Below, piece by piece: positions 61,991 to 64,000 of a DNA stretch of 64,000 nucleotides. The notes under the pieces were generated by a model, which did no database searches, was not told where the DNA came from, and saw nothing but the letters and a program-made list of their open reading frames with translations. The stretch is from contig MU057355.1 of the NCBI GenBank assembly GCA_013239625.1, forward strand, positions 10,833,914-10,897,913, given 5' to 3'. Every line of letters begins with the position of its first letter. Within the stretch, counting starts at the first letter, position 1. Position numbers and translations under genes: made by a program. The DNA comes from Lama guanicoe (Eukaryota).

Positions 61991-64000
61991 AACTCCATCT
62001 ATTTGTCCTCCAAGCTAAAATGTACTGCTTACGATCATTTATTAAAGGTTGGGGGGTTTCAACCAAGGTCAAGAAGATGTTACGTAGAACTTCTTAAAGG
62101 CTCTATGGTTCCTTCATGAAAGACTAAAACTTTTGTGACAGGAGGGATTTCCAAATTCTCCTATCAACTGAGTTACTGGGTAAGCTCAGTATCCAGCATT
62201 TAAATTGAAGCTCCTGGATTTATAGTTAGAATTAGGTCTTTAATTTTCAATTTATATAATCAAAGGTTTTCACTTCTTTATGTGTGACTAGAGAGAATAA
62301 ACGGTTTCCAAGTCTTCAGCTGGAAAAATTAAAAAATCCCAGAGTTTAATGAACATTCTCTCATGAAAAACAAAATCTCCTATTTTTTTCTCTCCAAGCT
62401 ATTAATACATTTGTGCTGCCGGGGATATGCATCCCGCAAGGACATTGGCCAGGAGAAGAAAGCAGTTATAACTGGGCTTTATCTATTTTAAACTCCTCAA
62501 CTATTAAAATAGTGCTTAAAATACAGCAATCCAGCTCCCAAATGTCCTTTCTGAGTAATGGACAGCTATTCTAACCCCATGACTAATGCCCAGTGCCTGT
62601 CTTAAATTGGTCTGGACCTCCACCACTGGGGCATTCCGAGCCCAAATCTTCCCCCCAGTGCCTGAACTTCATGGCATCTCTGCACCATTTAGACTCTTGG
62701 TTGTTCCCCAAAATACTCTTGGTGAATTTATTTCAAGTGTTTACAGAAACAGAAAGAATTAAGAATCTCTCCTACCCAATCACTTTTGCTCCACGAATTC
62801 TCTGATACACGTGACATGCACAAAAATAGTTTGGTGACATTTTTAGCAATTAGAGCATGAAAACTGAAGGGAAGATCTAAAAGGTCAATCTGCTGGTTGC
62901 TTATTTATTTTCAAACTCTTGGACAAAGCGTGTCAAATTGGAAATTCTGGAATGACCGTTGTGATATTATGCGATGAACGTTTGTTTTGTTTCCTCGGCC
63001 TAAAGAGTAAAACTTCTACCAACTTTATACTAAATCTATTCCAATAATCCACTGAATCATGTATCTTCAGTCTTTTAAGACGTACAGAACGGCCTCAGTG
63101 GGCTTCTCATCAACCAGGTGGTGAGAGTCAGCGCACGGAGGTAGGCTGCAGGATGTTAACAGAGATCTGCCTCTCTGTAAGCAACAGGTATGGGATACGT
63201 TCTTCCCAACACCCGTGTACTAAGATGACTGGAAATTGGGAAGGATTTTAAATGTAGCAGAGAGTTTGCAATTCAATGACACGATAATTTCTTTTTCATA
63301 AATAAGCACTTAAATGTATGAATCTGTTGTAAGTGATTAGGCTTCCATACAACAAAGCAAAATGTAGTGGGATTAAGCTGATGGACTCTGACCCTCGACT
63401 GCCTAGTTTCAAATCCTGACTTCTCCACTTCCCAATCACATCACCTTGGCAAATGACTTGATCTCTGTGAGCTTCGGTGTCTTCCGTAAAATGGGGGTTG
63501 TAATAGTCCTTAACTCATGATATTGTGTGGGAATTAGAACAGTGTCTGACATGTAGTAAATGCTCTATAGGTGACTATAGGGTAAATAAAATACGTCTTA
63601 AATATGATTTTAAATATGTCTCTGAAAATATCAAATCCACTTTTTTAGGAAATTCTTGGTTGAGATATAGCTCATTGATTTCTTAAGTTTTTTTCCCCTT
63701 CCTCAGTATAAAACATTTTATTTCTTAGTGAAGAGTTTTTCTCCTGGATAATCCTGCAAGAATATAGGAGAAGAAAAAATTCAAGAACTCTTGAGGCAAA
63801 TATTGAAATGTTTAGGAAGATGAAAGGTGCCTACTTGTTTGAAGCAAAAAGTGATCAAGGCAAGGTAGAACACCCCTACGACATCTCTCTTAATTTAAAG
63901 CAACATGATTCAATCATTAGGAATTCAAAGTGATCATGACCACAGACATCATTTAAATACCATGACCTGAAAGGTCTTTGTGCTACCACCTATAAAATGA

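Larger units (their letters stand above)
50251..64000 (+). other. A1CF: A1CF intron following the first coding exon (continues beyond the window)
   Basis: GT donor at 50251. No ENGQRKYGGPPPGW-coding exon is seen up to 64000, consistent with a long intron. Confidence 0.85.

Overview
Mammalian genomic DNA: AT-rich, CpG-depleted, and rich in MIR, L2, L1 and MER repeats. A tRNA-Ala-derived Vic-1-type SINE plus artiodactyl-type L1 tails point to a camelid. The window holds the 5' part of A1CF (APOBEC1 complementation factor) on the + strand. The 3' half of its first coding exon is visible at 50203-50250 (AALRTLVQRTGYSLVQ|gtagga); the ATG is hidden in an N-run and the next coding exon (ENGQRKYGGPPP) is not in the window. 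The rest is A1CF 5' introns and upstream intergenic DNA. Apart from L1 ORF2 remnants, nearly all listed ORFs look spurious. Main observations: (1) a disabled copy (ATG>ATT, Cys>TGA) of the human alternative A1CF N-terminal exon at about 59.1 kb; (2) an apoB-like C+spacer+mooring motif 80 nt into A1CF's own intron; (3) a Thr in place of a family-conserved Ala22; (4) a 199-bp, 96%-identical dispersed duplication; (5) N-runs that behave as exact-length masks over conserved sequence, one probably hiding A1CF exon 1. I found no convincing wholly new biological system. Gene and repeat identifications rest on recalled sequences, not database searches, and boundaries of old repeats are approximate.
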